Made by a program: the position numbers and the translations under genes. DNA of 64,000 nucleotides. Origin: an uncultured bacterium (GTDB lineage: Bacteria; SAR324; NAC60-12). The notes under the pieces were generated by a model. That model saw only the letters and a program-made list of their open reading frames with translations, ran no database searches and had not been told where the DNA came from. Positions 20,965 through 29,490 of this stretch are shown piece by piece. The stretch covers positions 1 to 64,000 of the forward strand of contig CBFIGY010000011.1 of assembly GCA_965662235.1 (NCBI GenBank), read 5' to 3'. Every line of letters begins with the position of its first letter. Position 1 is the first letter of the stretch.

Positions 20965-21971
20965 GACTGGTGCCGGATGCGAGGATTGACGAGTCCGTAG
21001 AGGAGGTCCACAATCAGATTGACGACCATCACCACCAGCGCAATCAGCAACAGTCCCCCCTGAACAGAGGCATAGTCTCGCCGAGAGATGGAGTCGACAA
21101 TCCACTTGCCGACACCGGGCCAGGCAAAGATGGTTTCGGTCAAAATTGCTCCGGCGAGAAGCACCCCCACCTGCAGTCCAATGACCGTGACCACTGTGAT
21201 GAGGGCGTTCCGGAGGGCGTGCAGACCCACGACCCGCCAGGTCGGAAGCCCCTTGGCTCGGGCGGTCCGGACGTAGTCTTCCTGTAGCACCTCCAGCATG
21301 GCCGAGCGCGTCTGCCGTGCAATCACAGCCAACGGAATGGTTCCGAGGACAAAGGCGGGAAGGATGAGGTGGTGGAGCGCTGAAGCCAGGGCCCCATCTT
21401 CTCCCGACAGAATGGCGTCAATGATCATGAAGCCGGTGACCGGCTCAAAGAAGTACATCAGGGACAGGCGCCCTGAGACCGGAGTCCAGCCCAGGATTCC
21501 GGAAAAGAAGATGATCAGCAGCAGCCCCCACCAGAAGATGGGCATGGAGTAACCCGTCAGGGAGACGCCCATGATGCTGTGGTCAAACACGGAACCCCGC
21601 CGCACCGCCGCAATGACTCCGGCCGGCAACCCGATCAGAGTGGCGAGCAGGATGGCGACCAGCGAAAGCTCAACCGTCGCTGGAAACAGCGTCAGGAACT
21701 CGTCTAAAACCGGTTGCTTGGTGACAATCGAGGTCCCCAGGTCGCCTTGCAGCACATTCCCCATGAACTGGAGGTACTGCTCCCAGATGGGCAGGTCGAA
21801 GCCATACTGCTTCATGAGCGCGGCGTGCCGTTCAGCACTCATGCCCCGCTCACCAGCAAGCAGCTCCACCGGATCTCCCGGAAGGAGCCGGATGAAGGTA
21901 AAGGCCACCAGTGAGACCCCGAGGAAGGTCGGGACCAGCAGAGACAGTTTAGAAAGGATGAAGCGAAGCAT
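20961..21971 (-). CDS. dppB: Dipeptide ABC permease
   Basis: LPGDP, FPATVEL, DYVRTARAKGL and TETIFAWPG motifs. Confidence 0.9.
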   Translation of the reverse strand: MLRFILSKLSLLVPTFLGVSLVAFTFIRLLPGDPVELLAGERGMSAERHAALMKQYGFDLPIWEQYLQFMGNVLQGDLGTSIVTKQPVLDEFLTLFPATVELSLVAILLATLIGLPAGVIAAVRRGSVFDHSIMGVSLTGYSMPIFWWGLLLIIFFSGILGWTPVSGRLSLMYFFEPVTGFMIIDAILSGEDGALASALHHLILPAFVLGTIPLAVIARQTRSAMLEVLQEDYVRTARAKGLPTWRVVGLHALRNALITVVTVIGLQVGVLLAGAILTETIFAWPGVGKWIVDSISRRDYASVQGGLLLIALVVMVVNLIVDLLYGLVNPRIRHQS

Positions 21972-22000
21972 GAGGAACGCAGGAGGGTGAGGCCCGAAGG

Positions 22001-22034
22001 CCCAAAGGCTCCGGAGGTCCGGAGCCCGTTTGGG
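22001..22034 (-). other. Intercistronic stem-loop between dppA and dppB (probable mRNA stabiliser)
   Basis: CCCAAA-GGCTCCGG-aggt-CCGGAGCC-cg-TTTGGG. Confidence 0.6.
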
Positions 22035-22035
22035 A

Positions 22036-23625
22036 TTACTTCAGGTCAACGCCGTAGAAGACGTGTCCGCCGAAGGGGTCGATGCGGAAGTCAACCACTT
22101 CCTTGCGGATGGGCTTGAAGACGACGCTGTGAGCGATGGTCGCCCACGGAGCCTGGTCCTTCATGACCACCTGAGCCGCCTCGTAGTACTGGGTGCGCAG
22201 GTCCCGGTCGCTGACGACCTTGGCCTTTTGGATCAGGTCCTCAAAGGGCTGGTAGCACCACTGAGCCCGGTTGGAGCCGCCGACTCCGTCGCAGCCCAGC
22301 AGGACGGCGAGGAAGTTGTCGGGGTCACCGTTGTCTCCGGTCCAACCCAGCAGAACGGCGCCATCGCGGTCTTCGGCTTTGGAGCGGTTGAGGTACTCCC
22401 CCCACTCGTAGCTGACGATTTCAGCATCCACTCCCACAGCCTTCCAGTCCGCCTGAATCAGCTCGGCCATCCGGCGGGCATTCGGGTTGTACGGACGCTG
22501 AACCGGCATGGCCCAGATCTTGGTCTGCAGTCCCGAAATTCCGGCATCAGCCAGCATCTGACGGGCACCAGCAGGGTCATAGGCGTCATCAACGGTGCGC
22601 TCGTTGTAAGACCAGATGGTCGGCGGAATCGGGTTCTTGGCCACTTTTCCGGCGCCTTGGAAGACGGCGTCAATGATGGCCTGCTTGTTGATGGCCATGT
22701 TGAGTGCCTTCCGGACCACCGGATTGTTGAACGGAGCCATCTTCGTGTTGTAGGCCAGGTAGCCCACGTTCAGGCCTTCCTGCTGCATCAGGTTCACGGC
22801 GGAGTCCTTGCTCATGGCATCAAGGTCGGCCGGATTCGGATACGTCATCACGTGGCACTCGCCCGCTTTCAGCTTCTGGTACCGAACCGAAGCATCTGGC
22901 GTGATGGCAAAGACGAGGTTGTCAATCGGTGCCTTGCCAGCCCAGTAATCAGGGTGGGCCTTGTAGCGGATCACCGCGTCTTTTTGGTAGGCGACCAGCT
23001 GGAAGGGGCCGGTGCCCACGGGCTTCTGGTCAAACATGTCCTTGTTGCCGGACATCTGATCCGCGTACTCGGCGGAGTGGATGGAAGCAAAGTCCATGGC
23101 CAGGTTGGCGATCATGGGCGCTTCCGGACGGTTGAGGGTGAATTTGACGGTGTAGTCATCCACCTTGATGATGTCCTTGATCAGGTCGGGCATCGACATG
23201 CCTGCGAAGTACTCGTAGGAGCCCCCGGAGACGTTGTGGTAGGGGTGGTCGGCGAGGCGCTGTCGGTTGAAGCTGAAGAGCACATCGTCTGCGTTGAAGT
23301 CCCGGGTGGGGGTGAATTCCTTGGTCGTGTGGAACTTCACTCCGCGACGGAGCTTGAAGGTGTACTCCAGACCATCTGCAGAGACGTCCCAGGACTCAGC
23401 AAGGGCTGGGACAATTTTGGTGCTGCCCCGCTCAAACTCGACCAGCCGGTTGAAGACCTGGCGTGAGGAGGCGTCAAAGGTCGTTCCTGCAGTGTACAGG
23501 GAGGGGGTGAAGCCTTCGGGGCTTCCTTCCGAGCAGAAAACCAGGGTCTTGGCAGCATACGCCGGAGCCGCGAGCGTGGTCGCAGCGACCGTTGCGGCCA
23601 AGAAGGTTTTGATCAGACTTTTCAT
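22036..23625 (-). CDS. dppA: Dipeptide ABC substrate-binding protein
   Basis: Signal peptide, LVFCSEGSPEGF, WAMPVQRPYNPN and GWTGDNGDPDNF motifs; GGAGAG RBS before MKSLIK. Confidence 0.92.
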   Translation of the reverse strand: MKSLIKTFLAATVAATTLAAPAYAAKTLVFCSEGSPEGFTPSLYTAGTTFDASSRQVFNRLVEFERGSTKIVPALAESWDVSADGLEYTFKLRRGVKFHTTKEFTPTRDFNADDVLFSFNRQRLADHPYHNVSGGSYEYFAGMSMPDLIKDIIKVDDYTVKFTLNRPEAPMIANLAMDFASIHSAEYADQMSGNKDMFDQKPVGTGPFQLVAYQKDAVIRYKAHPDYWAGKAPIDNLVFAITPDASVRYQKLKAGECHVMTYPNPADLDAMSKDSAVNLMQQEGLNVGYLAYNTKMAPFNNPVVRKALNMAINKQAIIDAVFQGAGKVAKNPIPPTIWSYNERTVDDAYDPAGARQMLADAGISGLQTKIWAMPVQRPYNPNARRMAELIQADWKAVGVDAEIVSYEWGEYLNRSKAEDRDGAVLLGWTGDNGDPDNFLAVLLGCDGVGGSNRAQWCYQPFEDLIQKAKVVSDRDLRTQYYEAAQVVMKDQAPWATIAHSVVFKPIRKEVVDFRIDPFGGHVFYGVDLK

Positions 23626-23663
23626 AGAATCTCTCCATGGGGTTAATGAAAAAGAACGTTCTA

Positions 23664-23691
23664 TCCCAATGCGAAAATTGGGACATGTCAA
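23664..23691 (-). promoter_or_regulatory. dppA promoter -35 with adjacent inverted repeat (candidate operator)
   Basis: TTGACA on the minus strand (23686-23691); TCCCAAT-N6-ATTGGGA (23664-23683). Confidence 0.45.
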
Positions 23692-23730
23692 TTTAATAAT
23701 CTGAAGTCCGGGGCCTGTGGACCGTAGGAT

Positions 23731-24972
23731 TCAGAAGGTCTGTTGGTACGTCATGTTGCCCCCATCCCAAAAATCGCGGGGCAGACTATCCAGGTTCCAA
23801 GTGGTCGTGATCATCCAGCTGCCGAGTTCATCGGTGGCCAGCAGTTCCCAGCTGACGCGGAGCTTGCTCTGCAGCGAGGGCTCCTCATCCGGCGGCACCA
23901 AAGGATCCTGAAACGTGACCTCTTTGTTGACGGAACCAAAGTAGAGCGCGTACTCCCAGGCGGTTTCGGGCCCTAGGTCCCGGAGGGTTCCGAAGGTCTG
24001 CCACGAGGTCAGCAGAAAGTCCTCGCTGGCCGCCGGGTCACCGGCCTGAGTGAACTGGTTCCGGAACACGTCTCCGCGGAGCCCCAAAACCCACTTCCGG
24101 CCTGGACTCCACGGGCCATCGACCTGAAGCGTGTGCGACTGCCAACGGACGTCTGCGGAGCGGCGGTCTTCCTCTGGAGCGGAAGAAGGTGCCTCTCGGG
24201 ACTTCTGGAAGCTCAGCTGCCGACCCTGCCAGCCCCAGAAACGACCTCCAGCGTCACGGTACTCAATCAGTGCTTGCTGTTCCTGTCCTTCATGTTGGAA
24301 AACCAGACTCCGGTCTGGATCCTCCAGCCGCATCGGCAGGTCCCAGCGGGCGTGAAAAGCGACCTCCCACGAGCCCTGACGCCAAGCGCCCTGAAGGGCG
24401 TTTTCAATCGGGTGAGGGGTCTGTCGGGTTTCGTCGTAAAAGTTCTTCTCGTTGTAGAACAGGTTCTGCCGGAGGTGGCTGACCCGCAGGTACGACTCCG
24501 TGGGCTCCCCCAGGGTCAGTGCCGCGCCCTGATCGGCGTTGCGCTTGTCGTACTGCGGCATGCCGATGAAGCCGATTCCCAGCCCGTCAACGGCTTCCCA
24601 CTGCACCTCAACGAGGTAGCGGAGGGGCTTCACCTCATAGAACTCCTCATGGTCCACCGCAAACGACACCTCGAAGCCTCGGGCCAGCGGATGCCGGAGC
24701 TTGACCTGCAGCTGCGAGTAGAGCAGGTCCAACCCTAGGCTGCCTCCGGTGCTCCGCCACCCCTTCGGTGCCTGCCGCCACGCGCGCTCCTGCTCTGGGC
24801 GGAACCGGTAGGACTGGATGTCCAGAAAGTTCTCCGGGTTCAGGTAGGCGGGTTCAACCTGAAAGGCGCCATCAAAGGCCTGCACGCTTCCGGACGTCAG
24901 CAGCAGGCTCAGGCCCAGTGCTCCCTGCTGCCACCAACGCGGCCACGGTTTCCTGAGCGAGGAGAAGGGCAT
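23731..24972 (-). CDS. Hypothetical exported protein, probable outer-membrane beta-barrel
   Basis: Signal-like GALGLSLLLTSGSVQA, alternating aromatic/polar strands and a C-terminal Phe (TYQQTF). Start position uncertain. Confidence 0.55.
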   Translation of the reverse strand: MPFSSLRKPWPRWWQQGALGLSLLLTSGSVQAFDGAFQVEPAYLNPENFLDIQSYRFRPEQERAWRQAPKGWRSTGGSLGLDLLYSQLQVKLRHPLARGFEVSFAVDHEEFYEVKPLRYLVEVQWEAVDGLGIGFIGMPQYDKRNADQGAALTLGEPTESYLRVSHLRQNLFYNEKNFYDETRQTPHPIENALQGAWRQGSWEVAFHARWDLPMRLEDPDRSLVFQHEGQEQQALIEYRDAGGRFWGWQGRQLSFQKSREAPSSAPEEDRRSADVRWQSHTLQVDGPWSPGRKWVLGLRGDVFRNQFTQAGDPAASEDFLLTSWQTFGTLRDLGPETAWEYALYFGSVNKEVTFQDPLVPPDEEPSLQSKLRVSWELLATDELGSWMITTTWNLDSLPRDFWDGGNMTYQQTF

Positions 24973-24994
24973 GGGCAACACCGTATGAGCGGTT

Positions 24995-26122
24995 TTAGGA
25001 AGAAGGGGCGTCGTAGCGGCTGAGGAATTCCGCCAGCTCCACGGCTTTCCCAGTGGAAGCCGATTCCTGAGCCGCCATTCCCATAGCAACCGCCATCAGG
25101 CCGTCTTGCAGCGAGACCTCGACCGAGCCCTGTCCCCGGACCACCGCGAGGAATTTTTCGTGCTGGTAGAACGTGGAGCCGTTGTGGTCCCCGGCCTCTA
25201 GGATCCGGGGATCCACCGGAACCTCAAACTGCCGGGGCCCTTTGGGCGAGCGGGGGCTGACCACCACCTGCGGCACCGGAGGCGCGCCCAAGGCTTCAGG
25301 CCAGAAGCGCTGGGGGCCCGGAACCAGGCACTCCAGCTTCCCCTCTGGTCCCAGTGCGGAAATCTCCTCTTGGTACTTGGCACCTTCGGCAAACATGCAA
25401 AGCTCCAGCAGCGCCCGGGCGCCTTGGGCAAACTCGACGATGACGTAGGCGTGGTCCCAGATGTCGGGAGTCTCGCCGCCGTACTGCTCTTCCAGGTGGT
25501 TGTTCGCCTGACCCCCTGCGGCCATCACCCGGACCGGCTCATCCTGAAGGGCGAAGCGCATCAGGTCAAAGAAGTGACAGCACTTCTCCACCAGCGTGCC
25601 TCCGGAGTAGCGGTTGAAGCGGTTCCAGTCACCAACCTTCTCCAGAAACGGGAAGCGGTGTTCCTGAATGGTGAGCATGCGGATGCCTCCGGTGACGCCC
25701 TGCGCTTCGTTCAGCAGGTACGCAACGGGCGGCATGTACCGGTATTCCATGGCCACCCAGATGGGGTGCGGAAAGGTGGCCTGCAGCTTCCGGATGCGGG
25801 GGAAGTCCTGCGGATCCGTCAGCAGGGGCTTTTCAACCAGAATCGGCAACGGGCGCTGCTCGGCGATCTGCTGAAGCTGCTCAACGTGCCGGAAGTTGGG
25901 ACTGACAATGACGAGGCAATCTAGGTCCGGAAACGCCAGCAGCTCCTCGGCACTGGAAAAAAAGCGGGCCTCTGGAGCCAGCGGAACCGCTGCGGCGCGC
26001 ATGCCGGGGTCGGGTTCAAAGATCGCCGTGACCTGAGTGTCCGGGAGAAGGTTGATGTTTCTGAGGTGCTCTTGGCCCATCATGCCGCAGCCGATCAAGC
26101 CATAACGAGTGAGGGAGGTCAT
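24995..26122 (-). CDS. sqgA: Gfo/Idh/MocA-fold protein, probable NAD+-dependent sulfoquinovosidase (GH188)
   Basis: GCGMMG Rossmann motif, VEKP, EHRFPFL.KV.DWNRF and GGTLVEKCCHFFDLMR; located in an smo cluster that lacks a GH31 SQase. Confidence 0.7.
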   Translation of the reverse strand: MTSLTRYGLIGCGMMGQEHLRNINLLPDTQVTAIFEPDPGMRAAAVPLAPEARFFSSAEELLAFPDLDCLVIVSPNFRHVEQLQQIAEQRPLPILVEKPLLTDPQDFPRIRKLQATFPHPIWVAMEYRYMPPVAYLLNEAQGVTGGIRMLTIQEHRFPFLEKVGDWNRFNRYSGGTLVEKCCHFFDLMRFALQDEPVRVMAAGGQANNHLEEQYGGETPDIWDHAYVIVEFAQGARALLELCMFAEGAKYQEEISALGPEGKLECLVPGPQRFWPEALGAPPVPQVVVSPRSPKGPRQFEVPVDPRILEAGDHNGSTFYQHEKFLAVVRGQGSVEVSLQDGLMAVAMGMAAQESASTGKAVELAEFLSRYDAPSS

Positions 26123-26125
26123 GAA

Positions 26126-26851
26126 TCATCTCCAGCGGGCAACAAACCGTGCCCTGTCGGCATTGAACCAGGTTCGGGAAAACTCGGCGGTTTCCCCATG
26201 CTGGTCCCACGATAAACGTTCAATGTAGCCCCAGGTGTGGGCATTGGCGCTGGTAAACTCGGCCGGCGTCCACTCCGGGAGCCGGTTCACGCCTACCTTG
26301 TCCTCCGCTCGGGTGATCCACACCCCTAGGGAATCCTTGTAAAACTGGTACAGCGAGTCCGGAAGGTCTTCGGTGCGCAGCTGCTCGGTGTAGCGTCCGT
26401 CCAGCCAGATCTCTTCCAGGGCCACCTCCTGCTGATTCAGGTCCCGGAACCGGAGGATGCGGAAGGCTTCGGGGCTGGAGCCAAATTGGGGAAACCCTGC
26501 TGGTTTTCGGACTCGCTCCACGCTGTGGGTCCGGGCGGTGGGCAGGCCGCCTCCGGTGATCAGCTCAAGGTGGAAGAAGGCGTAGATCGACTTGGGATCG
26601 GGCTTGTGCCGGATGTAGTTTCCTGACCCCTGCACGCGTTCCAGCATCTCCTTTTCCACCAAATCGGCCAAGGCCTTGCGCAGGGTGCCGATGGACACGC
26701 CCAGGTGCTTCGCCATCTCCCGTTCCGGAGGCAGGCGCTCGCCATCGAGCAGAATGCCGGCCTGAATCTCTCGGGTCAGCATCTCGGAAACCTGAAGGTG
26801 CAGCGGGAGGGCTCCGGGCGCTCCCAGGATTTTTTTTGCAGAGGCTTTCAT
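26126..26851 (-). CDS. GntR/HutC-UTRA regulator (SmoD-like)
   Basis: LPPER...GVSIGTLRKAL..L.....L.R.QGSG winged HTH plus UTRA domain; divergent from smoC. Confidence 0.85.
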   Translation of the reverse strand: MKASAKKILGAPGALPLHLQVSEMLTREIQAGILLDGERLPPEREMAKHLGVSIGTLRKALADLVEKEMLERVQGSGNYIRHKPDPKSIYAFFHLELITGGGLPTARTHSVERVRKPAGFPQFGSSPEAFRILRFRDLNQQEVALEEIWLDGRYTEQLRTEDLPDSLYQFYKDSLGVWITRAEDKVGVNRLPEWTPAEFTSANAHTWGYIERLSWDQHGETAEFSRTWFNADRARFVARWR

Positions 26852-26930
26852 TTTTTGCTAGCAAATTGATATACGATTGTTAAATTGATGCATCTTTCTG
26901 AGATTAAATCAAGCTAATCTTGAGGTAAGC
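26852..26930. promoter_or_regulatory. Divergent control region with candidate regulator sites
   Basis: AT-rich; AAATTGAT direct repeat (26863, 26882); AGATTA-N8-TAATCT (26901-26920); TTTGCTAGCAAA palindrome. Confidence 0.5.
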
Positions 26931-28088
26931 ATGACCGTTGTTCCTGTCCATTCCGCCGATTTAGACGCTGCTGAGGTTTCGTGGTTTGCGCCCCTGTGTT
27001 CGGATGATTACCGCTACCTTGGGGTGCCCGAGGGTTCCCTGCGGTCCAGCTGGGAGAACACGTCCCGAATTGTCCGAACGGCGGAGGAGTTGGGCTTCCG
27101 CAACATCCTCTGTCCGTCGTCGTACCACGTGGGGCAGGACACGCTTTCGTTTGTGGCAGCCAATGGCCCTTTGACGGAGCGCATCAACATGCTGGCGGCA
27201 GTGCGGTGCGGTGAGCTGCACCCCATCATGCTGGCCCGGACGGTGGCGACGCTGGATCACCTGCTGGAGGGGCGCCTGACGATCAACATCATTTCCTCTG
27301 ATTTTCCGGGACAAAAAGAGCCCAGTGCCTACCGCTATCAGCGGTCTCGGGAGGTGGTTGAGATCCTCCGGCAGGCGTGGACGCAAGACGAGATCAACTA
27401 CCGTGGCGAGGTGTACCAATTCGAAGGCCTCACCACCGATCCGGTGCGTCCGTATCAGCAAAACGGAGGACCGCTGCTGTACTTCGGAGGCTACTCTCCG
27501 GACGCCGTGCACCTCTGTGGGCAGCACTGTGACGTGTACCTGATGTGGCCGGAGACCCGCGAGTTGCTGGCGGAGCGCATGAAGGCGGTCCATGAGCAGG
27601 CCCAGAAGTACGACCGTGTTCTTGACTACGGCCTCCGGGTGCACATGATTGTCCGGGACACGGAAGCTGAGGCCCGGGAGTATGCGCAGGAGTTGGTGTC
27701 GAAGCTGGATGATGACTACGGCAAGACCATCCGGGAACGCTCCTTGGATGCTGGGTCGCTGGGAGTCGCCCACCAGTCCAAGAACCGTGAAGGCGCTGAT
27801 GCCTACGGATACATTGAGCCCCACCTGTGGACTGGGATCGGACGTGCTCGTTCCGGATGCGGCGCAGCGTTGGTTGGTTCCACGGATCAGGTGATGAGTG
27901 AGCTGGAGGCGTATCAGAAGATGGGCATCCGGGCTTTCATTTTTTCCGGCTACCCGCACCTTGACGAATGCCAATCCTTTGGTAAACGTGTTTTGCCAAA
28001 CCTGAAAACCTGTTCGTTGCCAGAAGTGTATGGGCGACGTCCGGCACAGACCCCTGAGACCCCCCTTGGAGTTGGAGAACGACGCTAA
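26931..28088 (+). CDS. smoC: Sulfoquinovose monooxygenase (LLM family)
   Basis: MTVVP..SADLDAAEVSWF..LCSDDY, NILCPSSY.VGQD, GPLLYFGGYSP and LWTGIGRARSGCGAALVGS match Agrobacterium SmoC as I recall it; synteny with smoB and smoA. Confidence 0.85.
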   Translation: MTVVPVHSADLDAAEVSWFAPLCSDDYRYLGVPEGSLRSSWENTSRIVRTAEELGFRNILCPSSYHVGQDTLSFVAANGPLTERINMLAAVRCGELHPIMLARTVATLDHLLEGRLTINIISSDFPGQKEPSAYRYQRSREVVEILRQAWTQDEINYRGEVYQFEGLTTDPVRPYQQNGGPLLYFGGYSPDAVHLCGQHCDVYLMWPETRELLAERMKAVHEQAQKYDRVLDYGLRVHMIVRDTEAEAREYAQELVSKLDDDYGKTIRERSLDAGSLGVAHQSKNREGADAYGYIEPHLWTGIGRARSGCGAALVGSTDQVMSELEAYQKMGIRAFIFSGYPHLDECQSFGKRVLPNLKTCSLPEVYGRRPAQTPETPLGVGERR

Positions 28089-28981
28089 TGGAACGCATTT
28101 CCCTGACGGAGCAACTGAGCTTCAGCCGCCTGATCTATGGCATGTGGCGGCTCGGTGACGACGCGGACACCACCCCCGCCCGCACCCAAGCCAAGCTGGA
28201 GACCTGCCTGGAGTTGGGCATCACCACCCTAGACCAGGCGGACATTTACGGAGACTACACCTCCGAGTCTCTCTTGGGACAGGCTCTCAAGCAGGCGCCC
28301 CACCTGCGGGAACGCTTTGAGATTGTCAGCAAGTGCGACATCATGCTGATTTCGGATCACTTTCCGCAGCGTCGGGTGAAGTACTACGACACCAGCCGTG
28401 CGCACCTAGAGGCTTCAGTGGAGAATTCGCTGAAGGCCATGAACGTGGAGTACCTGGATGTGCTGCTGCTCCACCGACCCGATCCGCTCATGGATGCAGA
28501 GGAGACCGGAGCTGCACTGGATGCGCTGGTGCAGAGTGGGAAGGTCCGGGCCGTTGGGGTGTCGAACTTCAAGAAGCACGACTGGGACCTGCTGCAGGCC
28601 GCAATGTCGCAGCCGCTGGTGACCAATCAGATTGAGGCGTCTCTGCAGGAGCTGTCCCCCTTCACCAACGGAGACCTGGCCTTTTTGCAGCAAGCAGGTG
28701 TTCCTCCGATGATCTGGTCGCCGCTTGGGGGCGGAGCCCTGCTGCAGGCGGGTGGCTCTCCCCTGGCCACAGCCCTCCAGCAGATGGCCGACAAGCATCA
28801 CCTCTCCCCAGCGGCGACTGCGATTGCTTGGCTGCTGAAGCATCCGGCGCAACTGATGCCCATCCTCGGCACCAACCAGCCGGAGCGGATTGCGGATCTG
28901 GCACAAGCGACTCAGGCTTCGCTTTCTCGGGAAGACTGGTTTGAACTCTACACGGCCGCTTTAGGAAACGAAGTCCCATGA
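28088..28981 (+). CDS. smoB: Aldo/keto reductase, probable 6-oxo-glucose reductase
   Basis: DQADIYG.Y, SKC, LLHRPD, GVSNF and PILGT motifs; TAATG overlap with smoC. Confidence 0.8.
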   Translation: MERISLTEQLSFSRLIYGMWRLGDDADTTPARTQAKLETCLELGITTLDQADIYGDYTSESLLGQALKQAPHLRERFEIVSKCDIMLISDHFPQRRVKYYDTSRAHLEASVENSLKAMNVEYLDVLLLHRPDPLMDAEETGAALDALVQSGKVRAVGVSNFKKHDWDLLQAAMSQPLVTNQIEASLQELSPFTNGDLAFLQQAGVPPMIWSPLGGGALLQAGGSPLATALQQMADKHHLSPAATAIAWLLKHPAQLMPILGTNQPERIADLAQATQASLSREDWFELYTAALGNEVP

Positions 28982-29490
28982 CGTCACCTCACGAAGCCTT
29001 TGTTCCTGCAGAAGCGGATTCGAAGTCCTACCGGAACCTGCTGGGACTCTTTGGCACCGGAGTCACCATCATCACAACCCAGACTCCTCAGGGACCGGTG
29101 GCCATGACCGCCAACAGCTTCACCTCGGTGTCGCTGGACCCGCCTCTGATCCTCTGGTCGCTTGCGCACTCGTCGAGCCGGTTTGATGCCTTCGCCGCGG
29201 CACCGCACTTTGCCATTCACTTCCTGCTGGAGGACCAGTTGGAACTGGCGGCTCGTTTTGCCAAGGACGGGTGGGACTTCACCGGGGTGCCCTGGAGCAA
29301 AGGTCACGGAGAGAGCCCGTGCCTAGAGGTTTGCCTAGCACGCCTGGAGTGCTCGCTGGAAACGACGCATGAGGCAGGTGACCACCGCATGATGCTCGGC
29401 CGGGTGCAGCGCGTCCAGCAGCAGTCAGAAGCAGACCCGCTGCTGTTTTACTCCGGAGGCTACGGAACCTTTACTCGTTCGGCTTCGTGA
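28978..29490 (+). CDS. smoA: Flavin reductase
   Basis: F.TGVTIIT, TANSFTSVSLDPPL and GDH motifs; ATGA overlap with smoB. Confidence 0.8.
   Translation: MTSPHEAFVPAEADSKSYRNLLGLFGTGVTIITTQTPQGPVAMTANSFTSVSLDPPLILWSLAHSSSRFDAFAAAPHFAIHFLLEDQLELAARFAKDGWDFTGVPWSKGHGESPCLEVCLARLECSLETTHEAGDHRMMLGRVQRVQQQSEADPLLFYSGGYGTFTRSAS

Noticed and set aside
22030..23466. Long antisense ORFs (478 aa here; also 37551-39290, 39729-41087, 10642-11877)
   Set aside because: They are shadows of well-supported genes on the opposite strand, expected at high GC, and show no motifs.
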